From an uncultured Alphaproteobacteria bacterium (GTDB taxonomy: Bacteria > Pseudomonadota > Alphaproteobacteria > Caulobacterales > Hyphomonadaceae): a stretch of 64,000 bases of DNA. The notes beneath the pieces were generated by a model. That model saw nothing but the letters and a program-made list of their open reading frames with translations. It was not told where the DNA came from and made no database searches. How positions within the stretch are numbered: position 1 is the stretch's first letter; the number at the start of each line of letters is the position of its first letter. Positions 39,374 through 49,107 of this stretch are shown one piece after another. The position numbers were made by a program, and so were the translations under genes. The stretch lies in assembly GCA_963784415.1 (NCBI GenBank), contig CAWARK010000001.1:10335-74334 (forward strand), in the 5' to 3' direction.

Positions 39374-41317
39374 CTACCGCTTGGGCTTGAGCGCGATCAT
39401 GACGTTGCCCGGCGCCTGGCCGAACATGCCGTAGCCTGAGTTCAGGATCAGCATGCCGTGCGTTGCGATGATCGACGCCGCATCGATCGAGCCGCCATTG
39501 CCAGCAACGCCGTTGACGCCCTGATAGGTCTGCGCCGTGTCGTACTTCCACTTCAGCGCGCCGGTCTTGCGGTCGAGCACGTAGAGCATGCCATCAAGGC
39601 CGCCCGTGACGACATACTCTCCGATCACGCTCGGCGCGGCAGAGAGGCCATACATCCGCTGGCAGCCCGGCATCCGCGTCTTCCGGTCGCCCGAGCAATC
39701 CGCCGCCGTATTGAACGACCACGCGATCGACCCGTCATTCAGGTTCAGCGCATAGAGCCCCGGCTTGATGACCTTGTCGTCATAGGCCGGATCCGTCGGC
39801 ACCGGACGTCCGACATTCGAGATCGGCGCGTAGACATGCGTCTCGTCCGCAGCGATCCCCCAGTGAACGCCGCCCATCGCCGTGCCGTGACCCAGCGCGG
39901 TGCGCCACACCACAGCGCCCGTCTCCGGATCCATCGCCCACATCGAGCCGGACTTCTGGCCTGCGAGTACAAGCTCTTTGCCGTTCGGCGCCTTGGTGAA
40001 GATCGTCGACGCGCCGAAATCCACGTCGCGATAGACGGTCGGACCCGAGCAATTCTTGTTGGTCTCGCGGCCCGGATAGCAGCCCGCATTGTAGACGTCG
40101 TTCTCTGTCGCCTGATGGCTCCAGACGATCTTGCCGCTGTCGAGGTCGAAGGCGAGCAGGGCGTCGGTGTTCGGGTGGGCAGGGCCGGAGTTGGCCTCGC
40201 CCGTGCCGACGAACAGGCGGTTGCGTTTGAGGTCCAGCGAGGGCGAATTCCAGATCGGTCCGCCCGAAGGCCCCCACAGCATCTGTCCGTCACCGCGATC
40301 CTTGATCGGCTGGGCCTCCGGCATGACGCCTTGCGCCCAGATCTTCTCGCCGGTCTTCGCGTTGATCGCCGTCACGCCGCCGCGCGCCTTGCAGCACACA
40401 TAAGCATCGGCCATCGCGCTCGCGAGTTCATACTGCGAGACAGGCGCATACACGCGGTCCTTGTAGAGAACCGGCGTCGACGTCACCATCTGGTTCTTGA
40501 AGAACGAGACGTTGGTGACCCACAGCTTCTTGCCCGTCTTCGCGTCGAGCGCGTGCACGAAGCCGCCCATGTCGCCGACCATGATGATCTTCTGGCCGTT
40601 CGACAGCTCGCCGTAACCCGCCGACGTGCGCAGCGCGCGACCGCCATCATAGCTCCACTGCACGCACGGCTTGTCGCCCGAGATGTCGAGCGCGAAGACG
40701 CGGTTGTTGTCCGCTACCGGCAGGAACATCGTGTCGCCGACGATCGCCGCCTGTCCGCGCATCGTGCCGACCTGCGGGAACGCCATCGTCCAGGCGACTT
40801 CCATGTTGTCGAGATCGCCGGGCTTCAGGCCGGTCTGCTTGTCCGACAGCTGGCGCTTGTTCGAATAGTCATAGCCAAATCCGGAGATCGTTGCCTTGAC
40901 GTCCAGCTTAGGTGTGCGGCGATTGCCCGTGCAGGCATTCGGCGCGATCCAGCCCGTCGCGTCCGCTTCGCCGCCGGAAATGTAATCCGACACGTTGGAG
41001 ACTTCGACCGCCGATAGGCCTGCGCCCTGCGCGACCATCTTGCCCATGATCAGCGCGTTGGTGACGTAGAGCGCCGAGACGCGCTTCAGCGCATCGCGGG
41101 ACGGCGCCTTGGTGGCTTCAGGGTTGTCGTGACAAGCCGCGCAATGCTGCTTGTAGATTTCCTCGCCCGCCGCTTTCGACGCAGCGGTCGCATCGCCACT
41201 GTGCGCCGCCGTCACCAGCGGATCGTTGGCCGCCATCTGCGTATCGGTTGGCGTGCTGCATGAACTCACGGCGAGTATCGCCGCGAGCGCGACACCGGAT
41301 GCGATTGTTCTCAACAT
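39374..41317 (-). CDS. PQQ-dependent quinohaemoprotein dehydrogenase, PVA-dehydrogenase-like (N-terminal cytochrome c), lipoprotein, copy 1
   Basis: Lipobox AVSSC and haem motif CAACHDNPEATKAPSR with downstream GKM. Repeated xxDxxTGKxxW propeller motifs are present (ALDAKTGKKLW, AINAKTGEKIW, AFDLDSGKIVW, AMDPETGAVVW, VLDRKTGALKW). There is a vicinal Cys-Cys (YVCCKARGG). Confidence 0.85.
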   Translation of the reverse strand: MLRTIASGVALAAILAVSSCSTPTDTQMAANDPLVTAAHSGDATAASKAAGEEIYKQHCAACHDNPEATKAPSRDALKRVSALYVTNALIMGKMVAQGAGLSAVEVSNVSDYISGGEADATGWIAPNACTGNRRTPKLDVKATISGFGYDYSNKRQLSDKQTGLKPGDLDNMEVAWTMAFPQVGTMRGQAAIVGDTMFLPVADNNRVFALDISGDKPCVQWSYDGGRALRTSAGYGELSNGQKIIMVGDMGGFVHALDAKTGKKLWVTNVSFFKNQMVTSTPVLYKDRVYAPVSQYELASAMADAYVCCKARGGVTAINAKTGEKIWAQGVMPEAQPIKDRGDGQMLWGPSGGPIWNSPSLDLKRNRLFVGTGEANSGPAHPNTDALLAFDLDSGKIVWSHQATENDVYNAGCYPGRETNKNCSGPTVYRDVDFGASTIFTKAPNGKELVLAGQKSGSMWAMDPETGAVVWRTALGHGTAMGGVHWGIAADETHVYAPISNVGRPVPTDPAYDDKVIKPGLYALNLNDGSIAWSFNTAADCSGDRKTRMPGCQRMYGLSAAPSVIGEYVVTGGLDGMLYVLDRKTGALKWKYDTAQTYQGVNGVAGNGGSIDAASIIATHGMLILNSGYGMFGQAPGNVMIALKPKR

Positions 41318-41347
41318 GGATCGTCTCCCTCGTGGCCTCTGTCGGGC

Positions 41348-43285
41348 CTAATTCTTCGGCTTGTAGGCAATCATTACATTCCCCGCGCCCTGGCCGAACA
41401 GGCCATAGCCGGAGTTCATGATGAGCAGTCCGTTCACCGCGATGATCGACGCGTTGTCGACCGACGCGCCATTGCCTTCGATCCCGTTGATCGTCGGGAA
41501 GGTGCGCGCTGTGTCCCACTGCGCCGCCAGCTTGCCGGTCTTGCGCTCGACGACATAGACGCGGCCATCGAGCCCGCCCGTCACGACATAGTCGCCAATG
41601 ACAGTCGGCGCGCCCGAAAGCCCGAACAGCGCATCGCAACGCGGCACGAACTTCTTCCGCTCCGCCGTGCAATCCGGCTTTACTTCCATCTTCCAGTCGA
41701 TGGTCCCGTCCTTGAGGTTCACCGCATAGAGGCCGGGCTTGAGGTCGGCCGGCACAACCTGCGCCGGGATCGAACGGCCCGGATAGCTGATCGGCGCATA
41801 GACGTGCGTGTCGTCCACCGCGATGCCCCAGTGGATGCCGCCATTGGGTCCGCCCGTGCCGATGTCCGTGCGCCAGACGACGGAACCGTTATCCGGGTTC
41901 ATTGCCCACACCGTGCCGGACTTCTGCCCCGCCACGAGGATATCGTTACCGTTCGGCTGTTTGGTCAGGATTGTCGAAGCGCCGAAATCCACATCGCGAT
42001 AGACCGTCTTGGTCGAGCAGTTCTTGCCGCCGCCATTCGGCCCGCAGCCAACGTTGAACACATCATCCGCTGTCGCCTGATGGCTCCAGAGAATTTTTCC
42101 GCTCGTGAGGTCGAAGGCGAGCAGGGCGTCCGTGTTCGGATGCGCCGTCTCGGAGTTCGCCTCGCCCGTGCCGACATAAAGCCGGTTGCGCTTGAGATCG
42201 ATCGACGGCGAGTTCCAGATCGGCGCGCCTGCCGGGCCCCACAGCATCTGTCCATCGCCACGATCGCGGATCGGCTTGGCATCCTCCATCGTTCCGGTCT
42301 GCCAGACGATCTTGCCCGTCACCGCGTCCACCGCCGACACGCCGCCATGCAGCTTGCAGCAGACGTGATGATCCTGGCCCGCCATCATGATTTCGTACTG
42401 CGATGACGGCGCGATCACCTTGTCGCCCACCAGAACCGGCGTCGCGGTCGAGGTCGAGGCGTCGTACAGTCCGGTCTTCGTGATCCAGAGCTTCTTGCCG
42501 TTGCGCGCGTCGATGGCCGTCGTCCAGCCGCCGATATCGCCAACCATGATGATCGGCACGCCGTCCTTGCGCACGCCATAGCCTGTCGACGTCCTGAAGG
42601 CGCGCTCGCCGTCATGCACCCACTGGATGCACGGCTTGGCCTTGTCCGAGATGTCGAAAGCGAACACGCGGTTCTTGCTCTCGCCCACCGGCAGGAAGAT
42701 CGAATTGCCGACAACCGCCGCCTGGCTCCGCATCGAAACCGCGTCCGGGAAGGCGACAACCCACGCCACTTCGAGATTGGTCAGGTCCGCCGCCTTCAGT
42801 CCCGTCTGGGCGTAGGAGAGGTTGCGTGTGTTCTGCTGGTTGAAACCAAACGCCGCCACCGTCGGCGTCACATTCGTCAGCTTGGGCGTCGCGCGATCCG
42901 CCGGGCAGCGCATCGCCGTGATCCAGTCGTCGCTGACCGCCGCCGCTTCCGACAGATAGTCCGACACATACGACACTTCGGCCGAGGACATCCCGACGCC
43001 CTGCGCAATCATCTTGCCCGCGATCAGCGCGTTCGAGATGTTGCCCGACGCCATCCGCGCCAGCGTCGCGCGCGAAGGCGCCCGTGTCGCTTCAGGATTG
43101 TCGTGGCAAGCCGCGCAACGCTGCTTGTAGACCGCCTCGCCCGGATGTGGACCGGCAGGCTTGGCCGTCGCTGCGACCGGCGTCGCCGCCGCAACCTGTT
43201 CCGGCGTCGTCGGCTCCATCGGTGTGGAACACGACGCCAGCGCAAGCGCCGAAAGCGCCGCCGCCGAAGCGAGCATACGAAGCAT
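41348..43285 (-). CDS. PQQ-dependent quinohaemoprotein dehydrogenase, PVADH-like, lipoprotein, copy 2
   Basis: Lipobox LASC, CAACHDNPEATRAPSR, HVCCKLHGG, and the same propeller motifs. It is collinear with copy 1. GGGAGG lies upstream of ATG 43285. Confidence 0.85.
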   Translation of the reverse strand: MLRMLASAAALSALALASCSTPMEPTTPEQVAAATPVAATAKPAGPHPGEAVYKQRCAACHDNPEATRAPSRATLARMASGNISNALIAGKMIAQGVGMSSAEVSYVSDYLSEAAAVSDDWITAMRCPADRATPKLTNVTPTVAAFGFNQQNTRNLSYAQTGLKAADLTNLEVAWVVAFPDAVSMRSQAAVVGNSIFLPVGESKNRVFAFDISDKAKPCIQWVHDGERAFRTSTGYGVRKDGVPIIMVGDIGGWTTAIDARNGKKLWITKTGLYDASTSTATPVLVGDKVIAPSSQYEIMMAGQDHHVCCKLHGGVSAVDAVTGKIVWQTGTMEDAKPIRDRGDGQMLWGPAGAPIWNSPSIDLKRNRLYVGTGEANSETAHPNTDALLAFDLTSGKILWSHQATADDVFNVGCGPNGGGKNCSTKTVYRDVDFGASTILTKQPNGNDILVAGQKSGTVWAMNPDNGSVVWRTDIGTGGPNGGIHWGIAVDDTHVYAPISYPGRSIPAQVVPADLKPGLYAVNLKDGTIDWKMEVKPDCTAERKKFVPRCDALFGLSGAPTVIGDYVVTGGLDGRVYVVERKTGKLAAQWDTARTFPTINGIEGNGASVDNASIIAVNGLLIMNSGYGLFGQGAGNVMIAYKPKN

Positions 43286-43457
43286 GGCGAACCCTCCCGC
43301 TATCCCGCCCGCGACTTCTCGCGCAGGTCGGGTGCTGGGCGGGACCATCCTCCCAAGATGACGTGTGCGTCAATTGGGGCGGTAAGGAGAATTACGCCCG
43401 CCCGCAACCGGGGCGCTTTGCCTTGAAGTAAAGGCGTCTGGCCTGTAGGGGGCGGCC

Positions 43458-44297
43458 ATGACTTTGCCCCCGCAAAACGCGCCGTTTCGCGTCGCCGCGC
43501 TCTACCGGTTCTGCCGGCTCGAGCGTTTCGAGGAGTTGCGTGCGCCGTTGGCGGCGTTCTGCTGCGGACGCGGCATCAAGGGGACGCTGCTGCTGGCGCG
43601 CGAGGGCATCAACGGCACGGTGGCGGGCAGCGAGGCGGCGATCGCGGAGCTGATCGCGCATCTGGAAGCGATGCCGGAATTCGCCGGGCTGGAGGTCAAG
43701 TACAGCTCCGCCGACGAGATGCCGTTCAATCGCATGAAGGTGCGGCTGAAGCGCGAGATCGTGACGATGGGCGTCGAGGGCATCGACCCGCTTGACGGCG
43801 CCGGCGCTTATGTGGAGGCGGCGGACTGGAACGCGCTGATTGCCGACCCCGATACGGTGGTGATCGACACGCGCAATGACTACGAGGTCTCGCTCGGCAC
43901 ATTCCGCAACGCGGTCAATCCGCAGACGGCCAGCTTCGGCGAATTCCCCGACTGGGTCGAACGGCATCGCAGCGACCTGCAAGGCAAGAAGATCGCCATG
44001 TTCTGCACCGGCGGCATCCGTTGCGAGAAAGCGACCGCCTATGTGAAGTCGCTCGGCTTCGATGACGTCTTTCATCTCAAGGGCGGCATTCTCAAATATC
44101 TCGAGAACGTGCCGGCGGGTGAGAGCCTCTGGCAGGGCGAATGCTTCGTCTTCGACGAGCGCGTCTCAGTTGGGCACGGGCTGGTCGTCGGCGATAACAA
44201 GCTTTGCCGCGCCTGCGGCCATCCCGTCACACCGGAAGACAGGCAGTCGCCGAAGTTCCAGGAAGGCGTGTCGTGCGCGCGCTGCTTCGCGGCGTAG
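43458..44297 (+). CDS. trhO: Rhodanese-domain protein of the UPF0176/YceA family (tRNA U34 hydroxylase TrhO)
   Basis: AALYRF...[17 protein letters not shown]-domain, rhodanese active-site loop [11 protein letters not shown], and a C-terminal Cys cluster. Confidence 0.85.
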   Translation: MTLPPQNAPFRVAALYRFCRLERFEELRAPLAAFCCGRGIKGTLLLAREGINGTVAGSEAAIAELIAHLEAMPEFAGLEVKYSSADEMPFNRMKVRLKREIVTMGVEGIDPLDGAGAYVEAADWNALIADPDTVVIDTRNDYEVSLGTFRNAVNPQTASFGEFPDWVERHRSDLQGKKIAMFCTGGIRCEKATAYVKSLGFDDVFHLKGGILKYLENVPAGESLWQGECFVFDERVSVGHGLVVGDNKLCRACGHPVTPEDRQSPKFQEGVSCARCFAA

Positions 44298-44307
44298 CGG
44301 GCGAAAT

Positions 44308-44336
44308 GCGCTCATGGTTCATCGAACCACGAGCGC
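44308..44336. terminator. Hairpin between convergent trhO and PVADH-like copy 3 (short REP-related unit)
   Basis: GCGCTCATGGTTC-atc-GAACCACGAGCGC with one mismatched stem position. No clear T-run. Confidence 0.4.
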
Positions 44337-44343
44337 ATAGCCG

Positions 44344-46344
44344 TTAGCTCTTGGGCTTGAACGCCAGCAGCACGTTGCCGCCCGCCTGGCCGAACATGCC
44401 GTAGCCGGAGTTCACCAGCAGCAGGCCGTTCGCCGCGGTGATCGAGTTCGAGTCGATCGCGCCGCCTTTGCCTTTGACGCCGTTGATCCCGTCGAAGTCC
44501 TTCGCCGTCTTGTAAGACCACAGAACCGAGCCGGTCTTCTTGTCGAGCGCGTAAAGCGTGCCATCGAGCGCGGCGGCGACAACCGCGCCATCGATGATGG
44601 AGGGCGCTGTCGAGAACCGTGCGCCCGAATAGCCGCGTGGGTTGGGCGCAGAGCCGGCCGGCGGCTCGGGGTTGAACTGCCACTTGATCTTGCCGGTCTT
44701 GGCGTCGAGTGCGTAGAGGCCCGACTTGATCGACGGATCGGCATCCCACTCGCCGGGGATCGGCACGCCGACGATCGAGATCGGCGCGAACACCGTGTCG
44801 TTGTCGAACGCGATGCCCCAGTGCACGCCGCCCAGCGGGCTGCCGGTGCCGAGCGACCTGCGCCACACCACCTTGCCCGTGTCAGGATTGAACGCCCACA
44901 CCGAGCCCGACTTCTGGCCAGCGTAGAGCAGCTCCTTGCCGTCCGATCCTTTGCCAAGAATGACCGACGCGCCAAAATCGACATCGCGGTACACGGTCTC
45001 CGGCGCGCTCGTGCAGTTCAGTAGTTCGGGCTTCGACTTGAGCCCGCAGCCCGAGTTGAAGATGTCGGCCGGCGTCGCGTGGAAGCTCCACTTCTCCTTG
45101 CCGGTCTTCAGGTTGATCGCGATGATCGCGTTGGTGTTGGTGTGCGCCGGCGGCGAGTTGCTCTCGCCCGTGCCGAAGAAGATCAGACCGCGCTTCTCAT
45201 CGACAACCGGCGAGTTCCAGATCGGCGCGCCCGAAGGTCCGAGCAGCGGCTTGCCGTCGCCACGGTCGCGTTGCTTGGTCGCTTCCGGCATCGTGTCATA
45301 GCGCCATTGCTGCGCGCCGGTCTTGGGATCGAGCGACAGCACATAGCCGTGGTTGGTGCAGCACTCATACTTGTTCTCGGCCGCAACCATGATCTCGAAC
45401 TGCGCCACCGGGATGATCACGCGATCCTTGAGGATCGACGGCGTGCCCGTCGTCATCGAGTACGAGTAGGAGCCGACCGGCTTCGTCCACAGCGCCTTGC
45501 CGTTACGCGGATCGATTGCGTAGACGGTCGAGTCGAGGCCCGAGAACACCAGCAGCGGCGTTCCGTCGGCGAGCACGCCATACGACGTGCTCGTGCGCAG
45601 CGGTGCGCCGCCCGGCGTCGTGTAGACCCACTGCACGCAGGGCTTGGCCTGGTCGCTGAGGTCGAACGCGTAGATCTTGCCGACATCCGTCGCCGGATAG
45701 AACAGGTTCTTGCCGACGACCGATCCTTGCGAGCGCATCGTCGTCGAATCCGGGAAGGCGATCGCCCACGCCAGGTCCAGCTTGCCCATCTGCTCCGTCG
45801 TGAGCCCGGCCTGCTTGGCCGTCATCTTGCGCGTGTTGTTCGCGTCATAGCCAAAGTGCGTCGAGGTCGCCGCATCCGGACCTTCGAGATCAACCGCCGC
45901 CTGCGCGCCGGTGCACATCATGGTCTTGGTCCAGTCAGCCGTGACCTGCGAGGGATCGCGGCCGCCGGTGACAAAGCTCACCACCTGCGCGCGTTGTTCC
46001 GCAGAGAGGCCGGCGCCCATGTCCTTCATCTTGCCCTGGGTGAGGGCATAGTTGACGAACTGGAAGCTCATGCCTTTCAGGTTGTCGCGCGAAGGCGCGC
46101 GGGTCGTTTCCGTGTTGTCGTGGCACGCCGCACAGTTCGCCTTGTAGATCGCCTCGCCGGGATGGACGGCGGGCGCTGCAACCGGGATCGGAGCAGGCGG
46201 CGCAGCCACCGGCGGCGCGGGAACGACTGGCGCAACCTGGGCGACCGGCGCCATCGGCGCGACAGGCGCCTCGGGCGTGGTGCAGGACATCAGGGCGATC
46301 AACGACACACAGCCCACAGCGCTGCCGAATACAAACTTGCGCAT
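44344..46344 (-). CDS. PQQ-dependent quinohaemoprotein dehydrogenase, PVADH-like, lipoprotein, copy 3 (more divergent)
   Basis: Start MRKFVFGSAVGCVSLIALMSC, which is the internal Met of ORF 44344..46788. It has a Pro/Ala/Val-rich linker, CAACHDNTETTRAPSR, YECCTNHGY, and propeller motifs (AIDPRNGKALW, SLDPKTGAQQW, AINLKTGKEKW, ALDKKTGSVLW). Confidence 0.85.
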   Translation of the reverse strand: MRKFVFGSAVGCVSLIALMSCTTPEAPVAPMAPVAQVAPVVPAPPVAAPPAPIPVAAPAVHPGEAIYKANCAACHDNTETTRAPSRDNLKGMSFQFVNYALTQGKMKDMGAGLSAEQRAQVVSFVTGGRDPSQVTADWTKTMMCTGAQAAVDLEGPDAATSTHFGYDANNTRKMTAKQAGLTTEQMGKLDLAWAIAFPDSTTMRSQGSVVGKNLFYPATDVGKIYAFDLSDQAKPCVQWVYTTPGGAPLRTSTSYGVLADGTPLLVFSGLDSTVYAIDPRNGKALWTKPVGSYSYSMTTGTPSILKDRVIIPVAQFEIMVAAENKYECCTNHGYVLSLDPKTGAQQWRYDTMPEATKQRDRGDGKPLLGPSGAPIWNSPVVDEKRGLIFFGTGESNSPPAHTNTNAIIAINLKTGKEKWSFHATPADIFNSGCGLKSKPELLNCTSAPETVYRDVDFGASVILGKGSDGKELLYAGQKSGSVWAFNPDTGKVVWRRSLGTGSPLGGVHWGIAFDNDTVFAPISIVGVPIPGEWDADPSIKSGLYALDAKTGKIKWQFNPEPPAGSAPNPRGYSGARFSTAPSIIDGAVVAAALDGTLYALDKKTGSVLWSYKTAKDFDGINGVKGKGGAIDSNSITAANGLLLVNSGYGMFGQAGGNVLLAFKPKS

Positions 46345-46518
46345 GCACGTCCTCCCGTAAGCGCGCGGGTTTTTCCCCGCTGCACTGCTTGGCGCGCAAC
46401 CTGCCCCAGAGGGAAGGCGTTGCAAAGGGCAGGCGGGAGCGGATCGCATCGTTGTGTTTGACCCCCGCGCCAGAGGCGTCACAATGCCGCTGGCCAGCTT
46501 GGCAGCAAGAGAGACTCC

Positions 46519-47779
46519 ATGAGACGCACACACATGGCGGCCCTGCTTGCTGCGCTTGCGGCAATCGCGTGTAGCCCCGACACGCCCGCCGTAACCGCGA
46601 CCGCGCCCGCCGCTGCCGAGGTGGAAACCGATCCCGCGATCGCGCCAGTCGAGCCGCTCAACTACGCCGACGCAGCCAACTGGCTCTGCCGCCCCGAAAC
46701 GCAGGACGCCTGCGAGCAGGTCGCAACTGTCACCAGCATCTCCACCGATGGCGTGCTGTCCAAAGAGAGCGTTCACCCCCGCCGCCAATCCGCCGGTCGA
46801 CTGTTTCTACGTCTACCCCACCATCTCGCGCGACCTCGGCGGCAATGCCGATGCAAAACCCGGCGCGGAGGAAGCCGAGATCATCCGCCAGCAGGCCGTT
46901 CGCTTCGGCGCCGACTGCCGCCTCTTCGTGCCGCTCTACCGGCAAGTGACCTTCACCGCCCTCCGCAAACTCCGCGCCGGAGAAGATGTCGAGACAGATC
47001 GCGAGATGGCCTATGCCGACGTGAAGGCCGCATGGCATCGCTATCTCGCGAACGACAATGCCGGCCGTGGCTTCGTGCTGATCGGTCACGACCAGGGCGC
47101 CGGCATCCTCACGCGCCTCATCGCCAGCGAGATCGACGGACAGCCGATCCAGTCGCAACTTGTGTCCGCACTTCTCATCGGCGGCCCGGTTGAAATACCC
47201 GAAGCCCTCTCCGCCGGCGGGTCCTTCCGCACCATCCCGCTGTGTGCGCCCGGCAAGGGCCCCGGTTGCGTCATCGCTTACTCCGCCTTCCGCGCCGACT
47301 CCCCGCCGCCCGCCGACTCGCTCTTCGGCGCCGCCGCCACCACAGGCATGCGCGCCGCCTGCGTGAACCCGGCTGACCTCTATGATGGCGGCGGCGTGCT
47401 GAAACCCATCATGCCCGCCGGTCCCGTCCTGTTCGACGAACTCGCCCCGCCGACGCCGTGGACCACCGACAACCCCGCAATCGAAACGCCCTTCGTCGCG
47501 CTGCCCGGCCTGCTCACTGCGCGCTGCATCAACAAGGGCGGCTTCAACTATCTCGCCGTCACCATCAACGCCGACCCGCTGGACAAGCGCACGGACGCGA
47601 TCGGCGGCGACGTCGTGGTCAATGGTTCGCTCCGCCCGCTCTGGGGCCTGCACATCGTCGACATGCACCTCGCCATGGGCAACCTCGTCGACATCGTCGC
47701 GCGCCAGTCCGCCGAATGGCGCAAGGCGCAGAAGCCCGGCAGCACACTGCCCGAGGCGTTCCACGGCGACGACCACTAG
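46519..47779 (+). pseudogene. DUF3089-like alpha/beta-fold lipoprotein; frame broken as sequenced (+1 near 46745-46775)
   Basis: Lipoprotein start MRRTHMAALLAALAAIAC is in ORF 46519..47193. The body is ORF 46748..47779 (PPVDCFYVYPT..., LIGHDQGAG). 1261 nt is 3n+1. Confidence 0.75.
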
Positions 47780-47782
47780 GCG

Positions 47783-48128
47783 ATGGCCGTCCTCGCCCTT
47801 ATCGCCTTCGTCGTCTCGCCCGCGCTGATGCTCGCCGCCATCGTCATGGCCATCCGCGCGCCCGGCCTGAAGTGTCGCTGGCTCTGGTGCCTCGCCGCCC
47901 TGATCGCCGTGTCGCAATGGGGCTTCACCTTCGCGACCGGAGCCTCGAAATTCGTGGCGCATGCACGGCGCGCTCATCGGGTCAGTCGTCACGTATCACG
48001 ACGCTCCGCCCGCCGGCTGGACTCTCAAAACCGCCATTCCCCTTGGCGCCATCGTGGTCATCGCCCTGCTGTGGCGCCGGCGCAAAACGCCCCAAGACAA
48101 AGCAGCGCAGGACATTCCGCCCACGTGA
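47783..48128 (+). pseudogene. Small membrane protein; frame broken as sequenced (+1 near 47950-47962)
   Basis: ORF 47783..48163 begins with two TMs and then turns Arg/His-rich. A third frame not in the ORF track reads ...RMHGALIGSVVTYHDAPPAGWTLKTAIPLGAIVVIALLWRRRKTPQDKAAQDIPPT* and ends at 48128. Confidence 0.45.
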
Positions 48129-48159
48129 CAGATGTCGCGGATGGATTCATTCTCGCAAC

Positions 48160-48798
48160 ATGAGTGGTTGGAGCATCAACGCAGCTGAATTGCGCATCCC
48201 CCGGCGGTCGCGTTTCGCGGCCCACCGGATGATCGTGATCGCCGACGCCTCCGGCCGCGCCGTGCGCCAGATCAACGGCCTCGCCTCCTGGTTCGACGAC
48301 GAACACCACGCCTGGCGCCACAAGCCGATCGGCTACCTGCCGACCGACCGCCTGCGCGGCTATGACAGCAAGACCCACCCGCGCACCTTCATGCCGATCA
48401 ATGGCGCCGCCAGCCCAGACTGGCGCCTCGCCCCCGCCATCGCCGCCGGCGCCGTGCGCGTGCTGGCCGACGATCTTGCCCGCGACGAGATCGACGTTCA
48501 GCTCGCTCCCGCGCTCGAAGCGCTCCGCCGCATCAACGCGCTGAGCAAGGGGCCCGAGGGCGGGGCAGGGCTGCCTTACCCGTTCATGGGCTTCGGCCGG
48601 AACTCGAACTCGTTCTTCGCGACCATGATCCACGCCATGGGCTTCACCGTGCCCGACTTCTCGGCCTCCGCCATCATCGTCCCCGGCGCGCGCAGCCTGC
48701 TGCTCTCCGCCGATCTGCTCGACAGCATCCGCACCGGCAACTGGCCCGAGGACGATGAAGTCGACCGTGTCGGCGCTCCGCGTCCGGCAGGACCGTGA
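48160..48798 (+). CDS. Hypothetical protein (212 aa)
   Basis: This is the internal-Met part of ORF 47458..48798, with GC3-rich codons. It contains GLPYPFMGFGRNSNSFFATMIHAMGF. I do not recognise the family. Confidence 0.55.
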   Translation: MSGWSINAAELRIPRRSRFAAHRMIVIADASGRAVRQINGLASWFDDEHHAWRHKPIGYLPTDRLRGYDSKTHPRTFMPINGAASPDWRLAPAIAAGAVRVLADDLARDEIDVQLAPALEALRRINALSKGPEGGAGLPYPFMGFGRNSNSFFATMIHAMGFTVPDFSASAIIVPGARSLLLSADLLDSIRTGNWPEDDEVDRVGAPRPAGP

Positions 48799-48867
48799 AC
48801 CGTCCCAACCACATTGACGCACCGCAGTCGGCAGGACCATGATCGCGCAACCAGCGCAGGAGCGATC

Positions 48868-49107
48868 ATGACGTACGAACAGGAAATGGCGGCCGGCTGG
48901 ACCGACCTGAAGTCGCGTAACTTCGCCCGCGCCCGTCTTCACTTCGGACGCGCCCACGGCCTCGGCCGCGAAGTCCGCTGCCGTCACATCATGGCCCATC
49001 GCGGCATGCTCGACGTGGCGCTGCACACCTGCAACCTGAAGGAAGTCGCCTCGCAGGTCTTCCTGATCGGCGCGACTTACGCATTCGATCGACCCACGCG
49101 CGGATGA
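48868..49107 (+). CDS. Small protein, possibly DUF3703 family
   Basis: MTYEQEMAAGW...RAHGLGREVRCRHIMAHRGMLDVAL... AGGAG lies 5 nt upstream. The stop overlaps the next start (ATGA). Confidence 0.5.
   Translation: MTYEQEMAAGWTDLKSRNFARARLHFGRAHGLGREVRCRHIMAHRGMLDVALHTCNLKEVASQVFLIGATYAFDRPTRG

Noticed and set aside
46345-46788. N-terminal 148-aa extension of the third PVADH-like ORF
   Set aside because: The extension is Gly/Arg-rich and overlaps the divergent DUF3089 gene start. A proper lipoprotein signal begins at the internal Met (46344).
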